Below are positions 38,468-53,135 of a DNA stretch of 64,000 nt, piece after piece. The notes below the pieces were generated by a model, which was not told where the DNA came from, did not search any database, and saw only the letters and a list, made by a program, of their open reading frames with translations. The position numbers and the translations under genes are program-made. This DNA is from Paraspadella gotoi (taxonomy: Eukaryota; Animalia; Chaetognatha): contig CM119266.1 in NCBI GenBank assembly GCA_051294375.1, positions 4,772,573 to 4,836,572 of the forward strand, written 5' to 3'. Position 1 is the stretch's first letter. Every line of letters starts with the position of its first letter.

Positions 38468-39461
38468 GTTTCGGTTTTGTCTCTGCGAGGTTTTTAATCT
38501 TTTTCCCTTTTCTATTTCCAGGGAAAAGTTGTTCCACAGACGGAAACTCGGGAATGAGAGAAAGTAAGTTAGGAAAGAAGGTTTTCCTCAGAAAGAGAGA
38601 GAGAGAGAGAAAGAAAGAAAGAAAACGAATTCTGCTTGGAGTTTAGAGGAGAGAGCGAAATCGCGTAACTAATTTTAACGATGAAACTCGTTACGATGGA
38701 TTGAAAATATGATTTCGGAGATCGTGATGAATGAGATCTGTGAGCGGGAGTGATTATTGGATTTTTTTCTCACACATTGGAAAATTCAGCGGGGTAATTA
38801 TAAAATAAAATTGGGAATAATTACTATTTTATTTTGGTCATAATATCATAGGTTGAAAAAGTCAAATCTTCCCTTCTGCTTCTGGGTATTTGGAGTATTA
38901 AAACAAATTAGGTAATTTGGAATATCTTATATTTTAATTATTAAACCTAAAGATTAATTTAAAGTCAACAAAAGATCATATAAAGCGAAATAAGAAAGTG
39001 CATGAAAGAAAAAAAAACACGAATATAAACAAACAGAAAATATAAACAAAAAAACAAACTAGCAAATGATAACATTTGAAAACAAACAAGAAAAACAAAC
39101 AAAACCAAACCTTACCCTCAACATTCTCAATCGTACTTACCTTCATCCAATTCGCCGACGTCTTCGTATCCACCACCACTCCTACCACTTCCGCCTCCAC
39201 CACCGACGCGCCACTCCACCCTCTCCCCCGCAGCCTTCAGCCGCGTCCGCAGCGCAGCGGCGCGGACGAGCAGCGTCCCGAAGCAAAGAGCGTACGGAAC
39301 GCTGGGCGCCATCATGCGGAGCCCGCAGCCGCCGCCCGACGCGGCGAAGCAGTAAGGGAGAGGCGAGGCGAAGAGGAAGAGGGCGGCGGCGAGGGTGGCG
39401 CCCGACACTGAGCGGGCGGCGGCGGTGCCCGATCCGGAGAGGGCCTTGATGGAAACGTGTA
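34245..39461 (-). CDS. Class C (7tm_3-like) GPCR, TM2-TM7 exons complement(39141..39461, 36603..36875, 35145..35447, 34245..34378)
   Basis: Phase-1 GT-AG chain with no stops. TM3 CGLRMMAPSVPYALCFGTLLVR, TM4 WLLLSFIVALQLALDLQQW, ECL2 Cys + TM5 CDIGKTEFVASFVYVMVLLVLG, TM6 EARRLLATFCIAAALWIAW, TM7 SACLSAGCLATAVLLLAF. These patterns resemble mGluR/CaSR/GPRC5 7TM domains. Confidence 0.8.
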
Positions 39462-41443
39462 CTGGGGAGGGTGGGGCGAAATGTGGTCAGTTTAGCGGTT
39501 GGTAATAAGGAGGGAGACTCTCTTCAGTAGGGCTGGGCTTTGGGGTTGCGGCAAAAGCGGGCCATATGGGGTTGGGGCCTTGCGGCGGGCGGGGGAGGGG
39601 CGGCCTTCAAGGTCAAAAGGTCAAAGAAGATCAAGAGAAAAGAAATTTTTTTTTGTTGCAGAAAAAAAAATGAGATTAAAGGCGAAAATCACGTCGGTCA
39701 TTGGAGGATGAAAAAATGCAATAGGGTCTCTCTCTTCTCTCTCTCTCGCTCCATTCAACGCCGCCCAGTCGGAAATGGCGCCATGTTTAATATGTACTTT
39801 TTTTCCGTGAAAGAGGGGGGGACCGGCGCTTTGGGGGTATAGAAGGGGGACCGGATACCCGGTTGGGGGGGTCGGGGCGGGGGAAGAGGATTCCGGGCTC
39901 CTTTAGATTCATGGGAAAGAGGTCGTCTTAGTTTAAAAAAAAAGAGGAAAAAAAAATGTGACTGAGATTCAATGAAAGAGAAGTTTTTTTTTCACCAATT
40001 ATCGACTTATTTTTTTTCCTCTCTTGGAATATTTGTACTATATTAACATTTCACATCCCACTGCGACCGCCTCCCCTCTCCCCTCCCCTCCTCTCCCCCC
40101 CTCACCCATCTTCGGGTTTCATCGGCCTCCATTTTCTTTCTCGAGGACGCGTCATCAGAAAATCTGACCAGAGGTTCGCGTCTTTAAGCTCCTCTGGTTC
40201 AATCCAATTTTTGACCTTTCGCGCGATTCCTCGACAGCCCTTTTTTTTTTCACTTTACCCACCTCCCCCCCTCACCCCTCCCTAAAGCCCCCCCTTCCTC
40301 TGGATGGGCTTTTGTCCGCCCTTACCTTTTAACCGCGCTCATTTCCTCGACGTAACGAGGACCGTAATGTTTTCACATCCCTCCAATTTCCATTTAGACA
40401 AACCGACGTTTACCCTTCCTTTCACGCAGAGTTCGAAGGCGCGCCCACTTCGTCCTCCTCCCTTTCCTGCCTCTTCCACATCTGTGACGATGACACTTTC
40501 AAAATTCTATTCTAATGAAAAGTACTTCTATCTAATTTTGCATATTGTAGTATTTTAACAGAATTATTTATTTTCACAATTTATGTCAACCCACGATTTT
40601 TAAAAATTGGGGGAATTAATTGGGACCCCCAACAAAAAAACTAATGAATATATATCCTATTTTTCTACAGAAATTACGCTACGTAAACTTGCGACGTGGT
40701 GAGCCGTTTCAACGAAACCAAAAAAGTTCATTTACGTACGTCGAAACGTCAAAAAACATACTTCTATTCAACTCCGCGAAGAAGAATTAAATGAACTGCA
40801 TTTGTTGAACCTCAAAGGATAACAAAACACAATTCTGCGATAAAACAGAATTAAATAACTTAAGATGAACTTTGACAAAGAATTTTTGACAAGGATGCGT
40901 TTTCCCTTTGCCCTTTCAACTGCACGAACGAAAGCCCGATTTAAAAAATATCAAATCGACGACGCGAAATAAAAAAGGAATTTCGGAGGCGAACAACGAC
41001 TTTCGCTTCTTTATAGCGTCTTCGAAGAATAAAGAAAGGGACAAAAAAATTAAGGAAGGATTAAGAGAATAAGGAAGATTAAAAAGGGAGGATAGGAATA
41101 AGGAATAAAAAATGGTTTTTCTCGAAATCCGTCGTCGCAATCTCATTAACGAAATCTTCGTTCGACCTTCGATCGATCCAGACCGCCGCAGCCGCAGCCG
41201 CCCGCAGCCGCCGCAGCCGCCGTCCCCTCAGATAACGCCGCCACGCCCGGACTACGATAAACGCCGCCGGGCGGACCTAGACGTGGATATATTCGCGCCT
41301 TCCTTCGCACCCAAAAAATCGATTTTTCCTCTTCATCCTCCTCCTCTTCCCTCCTCCTCCTCCTCTCGTTACGCGCGCCCTCTGTGTAAACGACCCCGGA
41401 AAATTCGGGCATCGCGATTCGTCGTCTACGTCTACGTCGTCGT

Positions 41444-41474
<31 letters not shown>

Positions 41475-44400
41475 AGACGCCCCGCTGCCAATTGCAACGG
41501 ATTGCGGCGGCCGTGCTTCGAGCGTCGAGGTCGGCAAAGCGGCGTTTCCGGGCCCCACTGATAGAAGTAGAGAAACGGGCGTCGAATTGACGCCGCTTTG
41601 GACTCTAGGATCGACGGATCGATCAAAAACCCGGCATCGTCGGCGAGAGGATCGAGTCGGAAAAAGTAGAGAGAGAGACGCGATGAAAAAAAGAAGAGCA
41701 GAGAGACGAAAACGAATGGTCGACTATGAAAAGGAAAGCGGCGACGGATAGAGAAGAAAAAAAACCAGCGGAGCAAGTATTGGCAGCATCAAGCAGCCGC
41801 AGCAAACTGAAAACGGGCAGCAGTGACAGGAGGCGACGCGGAAAGCAGCAGCAGCAGCATCAGCGAACGTCCCCCGGGAGGAAAACGCGCTGTCTTCGAC
41901 GGAGGAAAGAAAAAAACTGTTTCCTTCGGAGAGAAACTGTCATCGGTCGTCGTCATCATCGTCGGTCGTCATCACATCGTCGACGTCGCCTCTTTTTCAT
42001 CTCGAGGGCGAAGTTTACTTGCGATCGTCTTCGGCGACACGCGGCGTCAACCGCGACGACGCCGCTCCGGACACGCCCATTCGGCCAACGAGACCGAACA
42101 CGGTGCCTCGCCCCGGGACAGAGGCTGGAGACGGACGAGAGGCGCGCCTAAGACGGACCCGTGGAAAGAGAGGCCCGGTTCAGAGAGAGAGTCGGAAGAC
42201 GGAAGAAGGGGAAATTGCTGGGATCTCGGGTCGCGGGTTCGAGACCCAACGGGTCGTCCAAGTCTTTTATCAAAAAACCGACGACGAATGGAGAAATCGC
42301 GGTACGTTTGGTGGACGGCGGAGAGGAGGGCGAGGATGGAGAAGTGAGTGTTTGGGGTGTGGAAAGGAGTGTTGGCGGAGGTGGGCTTTGAGTGTTGGTC
42401 TGGGGTGTGGAAAAGAGTGTGGTGGAGTGTGGGTGAAAAAGAGTTTAAGTATGAGTGGAGAGTTGAGGTTGTGGGGTGAGCATAGGGAGAGGGGTCAAGT
42501 GGTGAGGGCGAGTGAAGTGAAGTGGGTAATTGTGTGCGGTGATACGTGTGGGCAGTGAGTTGGTTGAGGTGCGTGGGTTGGTTTTTTCGGTGTACGGTCT
42601 GCTGTGGCGTAGAGTACGGCTGTACTTAGTACATATTTGGAGAGAAAGCACTTAAAGATGATTCTCTGCCACAAAATGAAACCTTTGGCAAAAGGGAGAG
42701 GGAGAGAGGCGAGAGAGAGAGAGAGAGAGAAGAGAGGGAGAAAGAGAGAGAGAGAGAGAGGAGAGGAGAGAGAGAGAGAGAGAGAAGAGAGAGGAGAAAG
42801 AGAGACGAGAGAGAAGAGAGAGAAGAGAGAGAGCGCAGAGCAGAAGCGATAGATTTTATCGACGCCAAGGTCGAAAGGTTTTAACTTTTTTCGTCTCATT
42901 TGAGTTTGAAGAAAATTTTTATCTTTATTCGCTGTTTAAGACTCTTTTCCTTATCTTTAAAGTCTTAGAAGAAACCCATGCCTTTCTTTTGAATAAAAAG
43001 TAAATAAAGTAAATAAGTGTAAATAAATAAATAAATAAATAACCCAGATATTTCTCCCAGATATTTCTCCCAGCATTTTTTTCCGGTGAAAAGGTGACGT
43101 CAAAAAGCGTGAAATTGCGATTTAAGTCAACTATCAAAGTCAAACTCCTTTTCACACTTATTTCCCCACCAAGAAAAAAGCCGAAAAAATACTAAAGTCA
43201 ATTTATAAAATACTTTTTAGAGATATTGGAATTCGAAACGGATAAAAAAAAATATCCTTTCAGAATAGGGAGACATAAAAAAGAATAAAGTTGATGATAT
43301 ATGCTTTTTTTATGTGCAAAGAGTAAATTATCCTTAAGATATATCCGCCTCGAAAAAAAGGGAATTTGCCGACTATAAAAATTAAGGCGGAGAGATAAGA
43401 TAGATAAAAAGCACTGCTGCTTCTTCCAACGCGGTTGTTTGGCGTCTAAAAGAAGCAAGGAGAGGAATCAGGAGGGAGCGATATAAACGAAAGGGAGAAG
43501 AGGAGCGATGATAAACGAAGAGGGAATAGATGAAGCGAGAGGGAACGAGGAGAGAGCGAGAGAGATCGAGACGAGAGGAGAGATCAAAAGAGACCGCAAA
43601 GCTATTTTCTTCTAAACTTTTCCTTCTCCCCTTCTTCCTCTTTCCCCACCCCCCTTCAGTCACGAAGACACGCCTCCCCCACTCCTTGCCTCCCCGCCCA
43701 CTTCATTCCTCCATCTCCCCCCAAACCTCCATCCGGTCTCCTCGTCTATCGCCTCCCCCCCTCCCCCCTCCTCCTCCTCTTCCCTCTCCCTCGTCTCTCT
43801 CGCATCTCCTCGGTCTTCTCTCATCAACCGGCGCCGATTTTCCGGAATCTCTCTCCGTCAATGCGTCGTCCGGCTCTCTTCTCGGGTCGTCGACTTTTCG
43901 GGAGTCGTGGACGAACGTCGAGTCGGTTGCTGCCGATTTTATCGCCTTTGTCCATCGATGCGAATCCGGATTGCGTCGGCGGTGTTTAGAGGAAGAGCTC
44001 CTTGACTTCTTATCCTTTCGTCCGGTGGAGCTCGATGCTGGAGCAGCTTGGAGCGGGCGATGGGTCGACGGGAGACGCTGTAGAGACGGAGACACACCCA
44101 CCTTTCGCCGGCCCGACCCCTCATCCGACCGCATCAAATTCCTCCGCCGCCCGGACGACGCCTCAGCCGCTGCCGAACGCGTCCCGTCGCCGCACGACCG
44201 CCCCCCACCCACTCGCCGCTCGGCTTTGAAGGATCTCCGCGTCCCGGACTGGAACCGCTCGTCAATCACGCCAAAGTTATCGCCGAAGAGACTTGGAACT
44301 TCTCGAGTGGGGCCGATTCGTCGTCCTTCGTTCCGACGACGTCATAACCGCGCACTCAATTCTCTCCTCGGCGCCAGCGTCGCCGCCAAGATGGCGGAAG

Positions 44401-47400
44401 GAGGAGACGTTCCGACGCCTCTGCGTCGACGTCAGGAATTCGGCGCCGGCGTCGCGACGCGACTGGGAGGCGCGCCGGTCGAGACTGGACGACGGTCTTA
44501 CGCAGGCCACGCCTTCGGTATGGCGCCGATGAACGCCGGTTTCGACAGAGCGGCGTTCGTGGAATCCCTCTATCGCGCCGGAAGACCACAGAGGAGTCTT
44601 CTTTTGTGAACGAATCGATTTCGAAGAGTTTTTTCCATCTCGCCGATAGGCGGATGAAGGAGAGAAACGAAACCGAAGATCGTGTCTTTCTTCGTCATCT
44701 AGACTTTTCTCAACTCGATCGTCACCGCCGCAGTGGCGAAAGCGGGAGCTCGGCGTCGGCTGCGGCATTCGCTGCTTCGTGCCGACCGAATTTCGAGTTT
44801 GGAACGAAGTTAGGGAATATTTGGACGAGAGGCTGAGAGAAGAGAGAAGTGCGCAGGGGGTCAAGGTGGAGTTTAATGTAAAGGGAGGGTTGGTTATCTG
44901 ACCTAATATTATTATATGACCAAATATTTATTTGATAATTACAAATTACGCAATTAGTGGTAGAGTTGAGGCCAAGGCATCGTCTTTATACGTTGACGTT
45001 TATTTGAGTAAATTTTGGAAACTTTCTTCAAAAAAGGCATATAATATATATAAGAAATAAAATCTAAACTCCACAATATGTAAATTAGAATTAAGTGTTT
45101 ATCTTTTCTAACCAAATCTATTACGATCCAGATAAAAAACAAATCATAGAACGTAATACATAACTCTTATAGAGTATAATATTTTTTTTATTTTTATCAA
45201 TACTTTTTGGCCGATGAAAAACTGGAAAGTATAATCTGCTACATTTCTTTAAAATTCCAGACCAAACATTCCGAGAATTGCAACAACAAAGCTATCAATT
45301 CACAATAAACGATTCCGAATACCGCGTTTCACCTTTAAAAATCAATTCAAGACGCTTTAATCTCATTTTTAACCCCCCCCCTCTCTAAACCCTCTCTTCA
45401 AGGTTTTATAGGTATTTTCTGATTCTTATTCCTTTTTCCAATAACCCCCCCCCCCTCCCCCCATTCCTGCCAACCCCCGCGTCCGCCTGAAACGCATTTC
45501 CCCCGATATTCCATCATCGTCATGGCGAACATAATCGTTTGGCATCATCCATCCTTGTTGGTTCTTTTTTTTTTTTTTCAGGCGACAGGGAACGAGGCTA
45601 GCAGACGACGAACGATGACAACAGCGGAGACGGTGGCACGACGGAATGTAAACAAAAGGCGCGGGAAAAAATTTGCGTCGGATCTTGGTTCACGGAGGAG
45701 AAAGAAGCCAAAACGAGGAGGAAAGGTGATGGAGCAGAGTGAGTGAGGAGGGATGAGAGGGCTAGTTAAAAAAGACAAGGAGAAGAAAGTAAAATTGATT
45801 GCATTAAAAGCTGCAGGGTTTGCTATCTTTTGAAAAAAAAGCCCAGGTTTAAATAAAATTTTTAAAATCAGGAAACGGATATTGCGAATAATCTTACCCG
45901 ATTTATTGAATAAGGAAAGCCTAGAACTAACTAGGCTTCGTTCGCGAATGAAAAAAAATAAATTAAAAAATGGAGACGTTAACCAAATAGAGTGTCAAAG
46001 TCAGGCAATGCGATAACATATTATACTTGGGAGTGCCAATTTTATTATAAAAAGGAGGAAATGTTAAAGAAACAAAGCCAGAGGGCGCGAGGGTTAATTA
46101 AAAATCGAAAGGCGGACAAAAGAACAGTCAACGAAAAAGAAAACCTTTTAAGTTCGATCGAGGCTTTTTTTAAAAAAAAACTTCGGAGGATCAGACGAGA
46201 AGATTGGTCGTCCAGCGGAAGAGAGAGTAATGAATCGGAAAAGAGGGGAGAGAGCAGGGGGAGAGAGAGAGGGAAAAAAGGAGGGAGAGAGAGTGGAGAA
46301 AAGGAAAAAGAAGTATAAGGGAAGGGAGAGAGAGGGAGGAGAAGAACGAGCGATAATGATGATAAGAACACGAAAACAAAGACTTTGTCAAGACCGACAG
46401 AATTAATTCGACATCTTTTTTACTGCTAAATTGACATGGAAACTGCCTCTTCTCTCTTTTGCACAGACACACACCATCACACACTCACTCGCTCTCTCTC
46501 TCTCTCTCCTCTCCTCTCTCTCTTCTCTCTGCTGCTCTCTCTCTCTTCTCTAAATTTTGTATTTGAAGTACAGATCGGAACCAGTAAAGAAGAGAGTCAA
46601 GGAGGTCGATTTTAAAAACGTAGGGCCAAACTAAGGTTCGAGTTTAAAATTATGAAAAAAAAAAGTTTAATTCTGAATTCAATTCTGGTATATTATTTTA
46701 TATGTATAAGTTCTTAGAATAGAAATAAACAGAATAAATTTAAAATGGATAGAGGAGGGAGTTGCAAAGCAAAGCTCACGAATCCTTAAATTGTACCCCC
46801 TCGGCAAAAATGAAGAAGGCAAGTTCCCATTTCGACCCAAAAAGGGTCACAGGCTAGGGTCCGCGCGTCAGTGATATAGGTGCAGGTTCAGGCTCAAGAT
46901 CAGGGTCAGGTACGAGAATCTAACCATAAATCGTTGACGGAACTCCTAGAGAGCGAGAGAGAGCGACCCCCTCCCCTCCTCCCGTCCGAGAGTCCGCGAC
47001 TCCTAAAAACCATTTAACTAAAAGCATTTATTACGTTTGCGTTTATTAATTATTATCATTAATAATATTATTATTATTTATCAACTGTCCCAAGTTAGGA
47101 ACCGAAATAAATTTACTTTAGTCACTTAAATTCATAAATGTCAGCCTACTTGTTTTCGATGCGACGAGATTGTTTTCCGCAGATCTATGTTTTGGAAAAA
47201 TTTGGGGTCTCTTTTAACCAAATAAAAATAATATATATTAAAAGAAAAACCTAGTACTTTTGTTATTACTATGCAATATCTTGTAACCGGAATAAAGGCC
47301 TTAAAATCACGAAGGCCAGTCAGGAAACAAGAAAAGCTTGTATAGCTTACAGCCTAGCTAGTTGATGAATATTTTTTAATTAATTTTAATCAATATATAA

Positions 47401-48282
47401 ATTAATTCCAACCTTTCATTAACTTTCACATGCCTACAGTTCTCCCGAGTCTCTACAAAGTCGACTGACGATCCACTCGATGATCGATCCCAACGTCGCC
47501 CTCACGCTCGAAAACGTGGAGGCGGAGATCGAGAGGCTCTGGAGGCGGTCGGACGCGACCTGCGAAGCGGAGCGTCCCGACGACGAGTTGGTAGGCGGAG
47601 GAAGCTGAAACGACTCGTCCCGAAGTTGAAGTTGAATACGCGGATTTCGAAGTCTCCGCGGAGAGTGGGATGATTGTATGATGATGATAGATAATTATGA
47701 TGATAAGAATGATGATATTGATTGAGGATGATAGATGATTGGTGATAAATCATCAGTATCTTTACGATCGGTCTGCGCTACGTCCCACGTTACGCACCGG
47801 GCAAGAATTCACAACTTACTTACGGAGTTTAACCTAATCTTCTCTCTCTTCTTTCTCTCTCGCTCTCTTCTTCTCACTTGAGACGTTTGCATTGCTTCCC
47901 TAGGCCCGAGGTCATGTTTCTTTCCAATTCATTATCTCTTTCCTATTCTTTATCCAAAGTGGTCATTAAGATTTTGTAAAAATAAAGCATAGTAACTCGA
48001 TCACTGCCACAAAGTTGTGCCAACGCACAAATGCACAATGTGCATGAAAACCTCAAAACCTCAAAATAAGATAAAGTGTCTTGCCAAAAACAAACTAATG
48101 GACTCGTTCGCCGCGGTTGAGTCGAGGTAAGCGAGTTAAGGTAATGAGCGAGAAAAGCGGAGAAAAGAGGATAGAGGAGAGAGAGAGATGAGAATAAGAG
48201 TCACGAGGCGATTGAATTGAGAATTAACGATCGGCCGCCAAAGCTTTGATTTAGATTAAGCCTTAATGGTGGAAAAGAGAGA

Positions 48283-48313
<31 letters not shown>

Positions 48314-48789
48314 GCACATGAGCAAAGAAAAACACGGAGGCTGCCAAGGCGTTAGAATAAATTAAAGGTAATGGTTTAAGGCGGAAAAGGGGCGAACTGG
48401 AAAGGTAAGCTGCTTGTAACGCGTAAAAGGCTTGGGCCAAATATGGAAAGGGAGGGACTAAGACAAATAGAAAAGATAGTAAGTTATTAATTGCAAATAT
48501 AAAAAAGTATTGTGCAATGATAGAAAGGAAGAAATAAATTGAAAAATTTAATGGGCAAAGATAGAAAAACTAACTGGCACTAGATAAAGGTAGTAAGGTG
48601 AGAAGGACAGACTGACAAGACGATCAGGGGCAGGGAGATAAAAGCGTTAAAGGGAAACTGTGGCGACCGTTGGATTTAAGTATTCAAGGCTGGAACGGCG
48701 TTTGGCACCTTGGAAGGAAAAAAAAGGAGGGCCGAAACGTCTTTGGCACAAGACGAATGATATGAAGAGATGAAAGGGAAAAAGATATT

Positions 48790-49084
48790 GAACAAGATCC
48801 ATCCAATGTGTTGCGCCGCAGTGACTTTCTTAGCCCGATGTATTTATAACACGCAACATCGGAATTCCGTCTTTTATTCTTTATAGTTTAGGCATTTCCT
48901 GAAGGCGGCGCTAGCAGTCACTTAGATTTGAGGTTTTTTTTTCTTGTCTTGGACAAATGAGCAACTATAAACGAATTTAAGTGTATTTTTAACGTAAGTT
49001 GGACAGACCGACGGATCGACACGACAGACCGACCGAAAAAGGCGATCGATTGATCCGTGAATACTCGCGGGCGAAACTAAAAAT
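48790..49084 (-). mobile_element. Family B repeat, copy 4
   Basis: aacaag...caatgtgttgcgccgcagtgact...gaaggcggcgctagc...gacagaccgaccg. Confidence 0.6.
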
Positions 49085-49964
49085 GTTTGAGATCGAGAGG
49101 ACTAAAGATTGGATTGAAGACGGCATGAGGAGAAACAGATGATGAGAGATGAGAGTCAAAGAAAAAGATGAAAAAGAGAAATACGCGTTCTTGTTTTCCT
49201 TCAATGTCGCTGGATGTTTGATGATTTTAAAAATTAAAATATAACTCTTGCAACATTTCTTCAAAGAAATATATTTTTATTTTTAAGTATTTTTTTTTCC
49301 TTATTTTTTCCCTTTTCAATTTTTTTCTTTTTACTTTCTTTCCTCACTTTTCTTTCCAACCCTCTAAAATTGTTCCCTTCTTTCTTCCTTTGATTCTTTC
49401 CTTTATCATCTTCCTTTCTACTTTCTTTCTGGCATTATTACTTTTTTGCGATCTTTTGTATCTTGCCCTTCCCTTTAATCCTTCCCTTCCTTTTTTGTCA
49501 CCCTACCTTTCCCTTCCTTTCCTTTCCTCCTTTCCTTTCCCCTTTTCTCCCCCCCACGCGACATTGGCCTCAGATGATTTTTAATTGGCGAAAGAAGGAA
49601 ATGATATCGAGCGTCGAGTTCGAGCGAAAAAGAAGAAGAAAAAGTGTCATTGACAAATGAAGACAAGAGATGCGATGAATGTGACAGAAAAGAAGCGATG
49701 AAAAGTGACAGAAAAGCGAATATGATTGACAGAAAAGATGCGAGGAAATTAATAAAGGAGAGTGAAAATGATAAAGAGTATGACAGAGAATGATAAAAGT
49801 GACAATGAATGACGATGAACGGGTGAACCGTGAAAGAGAGACGAGAAATTAAAGTAAAGAAGATATCAAAGAATATTAAAGTAGGAATTTAATGAACAAT
49901 TTTAAAAGAATGATAAACTGAAATGTCGAAAGAGTAGTAAAGTTAGAGAAGTAGGTAATAAAGT

Positions 49965-50215
49965 AATTGTAGGGATTTAATAACGTAATGTAGGGATTAA
50001 TAAATTAATGAAGGGATTAATAATGTAGTTAATATGATATAAATTATTGTAGGGTATTAATAAATTAATGAAGGGATTAATAGTAAAGTAAATTATTGTA
50101 GGGATTAATAAATTAATGAAGGGATTAATAAAGTTAATGTAGGGATTAATAAATTATTTGTAGGGAATAATAAATTAATATGAATGGATTTATAAAGTAA
50201 TGTAGGGATTAATAA
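49965..50215 (+). repeat. AT-rich ~20-bp tandem repeat
   Basis: Repeated (gt/ga)agggattaataaattaat. Confidence 0.8.
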
Positions 50216-50923
50216 GGAAATGTACTGAATTGACAAAGAAAGTAAAGAAAAAATAATTAGTTAAAAAAGTTAAAATAGCATCTGACTAAATTGAAAAAAA
50301 GGTATCATCAACTTCATCAACCTCACCAAAACGAAACTTCAGACCTTCAGACCTTCAGCCTTCAACCTCAGGACTTCCAAACCTGCAGACCTTCAAACCT
50401 GCAGACCTTCAAACCTTCGCGGGTCCAAAAAGTCAAATCGATATTTCGATCCTCAAAGTGAATAAAAAAAAAGAATTGTGAATCGATTTCCGATGTGAAT
50501 TCGTTAGAGACGAGATGAGCGGAGAGAGAGAGAGAGAGAAACCTTTCACGGCCTCACGCGCTGGAAGTATCTCTCTCTCTCTCCTCACTCTCTCTCTCCC
50601 CCTCTCTCACCCCCACGCCAAAAAAAGTGATTAATGCGTGAGCGGTAGTTGGATATATTGCATTTCGCGAAAGTCTTCGCTTCCCCCTCTCACATTCGCA
50701 CGCAACGACCGCGTGATGAAAAATGATCTACAATTTTTTCACCCCGCCCCCTTCTAGACCCCCAGCCCCTTTTCTGAACCCCCTTCCTTATCCCCCTCCA
50801 CCTCCATAACACCATTAACGCTTTTTCTTCCAAGTCTTTGACGATAGTGAGAGAGAGACAGAGATGGGAGATAGAGTGAGAGAGATTTCGACTCCTTTTG
50901 CGTCTTCTCTCTCTGTTGTGCTC

Positions 50924-50966
<43 letters not shown>

Positions 50967-51287
50967 AAAAACCCAGTCTCCTCCGCTTCGCGTTACCAAG
51001 GGCAACGCGTATGCAACAGCGTCGTTAACCGTCGTCCGTCTCAATATCTTATCCTGCTTCTCCTTCTCCGCCGCTGCCGCCCGCCGCAGGTCACCGCCTC
51101 TGCAGCGCGCGTTTCCACGAGAGGGGCGCCGCCGACGCCGAGGATGCGACGCCCGCGACGGCGGCGTCGTCGTCGGCCAGAGTCGACGCCTTCTCTTTGA
51201 TGCAATGAAGGAACGACGACGACGACAACACAACACAGGTATTTATTAGGATGAATAACCTTGATACAGGATCGATCGGTTTCTTAT

Positions 51288-51812
51288 TAAATTCGTACAA
51301 ACCATTACAAAAATTATCCATCATTTAATAAATAAACTATCTTGCCCCCGACTTGAACAGGCTTCGGGTTTAAAGGCCTAATTGATAATGACATAGCTGG
51401 TCCCTGCAATCTTTCAATCAAGACTCACACACAGTCTCGTTTATTTCACCCCCAGAGTACTGGCTTCCCTATCAAGGGAAAGCGGCATAATATTTCAAAA
51501 TACGAGCAGTTTACTAGTTCACTAGACATCAATCTAAGTGATCGAAGGCCGATCTCCAAAAAAGGTAAAAGTAACATAAAACTCGGGAAGAATCTATTAA
51601 AATCTATTATAATTCTGACAGTTCATTTGATAGGGAAGCCAGGTGCTCTGGAATGCAAAACTAGACAGAGTTAGTCTTGATTTTAAGCTTGTAAGCTTGT
51701 AAGAGTGATGGAGCCTTAGACCGCCATCGCCGTTCAAAAGTCAGGGAGAAAGGAAAGATTATTCATTAAATTAATAGATAACTTTTCATATGGGGTTGTA
51801 TCGATTTCATAA
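51288..51812. mobile_element. MITE-like element, family A: ~520 bp with long imperfect inverted arms
   Basis: Left arm (aaaaattatccat...tcaagactc...ccagagtactggcttccctatcaa) is mirrored by the right arm (ttgatagggaagccagg...agtcttga...gttgtatcgatttcata). Confidence 0.6.
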
Positions 51813-53038
51813 ATTTAATAAATATAAGTTTATTATAAGTTTTTAAGGATTGTATTCTCAACGCAGGCGTCGTATTGAAGAAGGTGGAAGAATGGAAGGT
51901 TCAGACCGGAACGTTCCTTGTCTTCATCATCTCAAACGAGATCGGAAAGGGTTTGGACCTGGAGTCTTTACCCGCGCGTGTCCTGTCCCGGAGAGGGTAA
52001 GATGGAGAGGGGCAGGGAGAGAGGAGAGAAAAAGAATGGGAAGAAAAAAAGAGGAGAGGGATGTAAGACAGGAGAGAGAGAGGAAATAAGAAGGGGAAGA
52101 GAGAGAGGAAGAGGAAGAGAGAGAGATCTCCAAATCGACTTTTTTTTTCTTTTTCTTCTTTTTTCACTCCTCGCCCGATTTCCCATTTGATTTTTCCAGT
52201 TAAATCTCTCGTTTTAATTTAACTTTCGGTTCGTCGAACTGTGAAGTTTTTTTTTTCTTTCTGGAAGAAGAAGAAGATTTCTTCTTGGGCGGATGAGATC
52301 TGGGCTTTGGTTTATCTCTCTCTCCTCTCTCTCTCTCTCTCTCTTTTGTGGAGATTTTAATCTCGACTTAAATTGCATTTTTCTTATAAATTTTTCTGCA
52401 ACGATTTTTTTTCCACCTGAAATTATTAATCCTTTTTTCCTTTTCGTTTGTCCCCAACGTCTTCTTAACTTCTCCCCCCCCCGCCGCCCCCCCCCATCTA
52501 TTTTATCAACATTTCTCTCCTTTTTTTCTTTCTCAACATTTTTCCCTATTTTATCTTGACTCCAGGTATCTATTTCTCTCCTTTTCCTTTTTTTTCTCTT
52601 TTCTTTTTTTTTCAAAAATGTTTTTCTTTTCTTTTCTCCAAATTGTTTTTTGTTTTCCTTCTTCCCTTTTTCTTCCAATTTAAATTTTATTAAGAGGAAA
52701 AACAAATTGTTTCCTCTGTTAATCTGAAACCCCGAAACTCAACCGAAACCAACTCTGCTTTATTTCCAGAACGCCCCATATTATCTTAAATTAAATTAAA
52801 ATTAAAAGTAGAAAGTTATGGTTAAGAATTTGAGTTAGGGACTGCAATTTAGGGTAGAATTCAGGATAGAGTTCGGGCTAAGGTTAGAGATTAGGGTTAA
52901 TGATTGCTTTAAAAGTTTAAAAATATAATTAAGTTAAATATTAAAATTAAATTCCGGAAAACGAACAAAATAAGGGCCACCTCGAAAAATAGAATCAAAA
53001 CTCATCCTAAAATTTCCGAACCCCTTTTTTCACCCCAG

Positions 53039-53135
53039 ATCGGCAACAATAGAAGACGCTCTGGCAAAAGTTTGAACCTCACCGTGGAAGTAGGGAGAAG
53101 GAGAACGAGGGTCATGTCTCGAGAAACTCTGCTTG
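53039..53135 (+). CDS. Candidate start-containing exon of the GPCR (ATG 53114, MSRETLL|D)
   Basis: ccccag acceptor and G|gtaagt donor. The phase-1 end fits the intact TM1 exon, giving MSRETLLDRVANQLVKTTPPLWGHQSYLFLYPGTEGAYIDQHWSTVV... Confidence 0.45.

Larger units (their letters stand above)
41140..51996 (+). other. Series of GC-rich exon-like islands (donor ~42301; 45582..45725/45738; 47440..47664; 50977..51238; 51867..51996): possible 5' UTR or N-terminal exons of the GPCR
   Basis: Exon-like composition with pyrimidine-tract acceptors and GT donors on +. Translations are Arg-rich with no recognisable domain. Confidence 0.35.
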
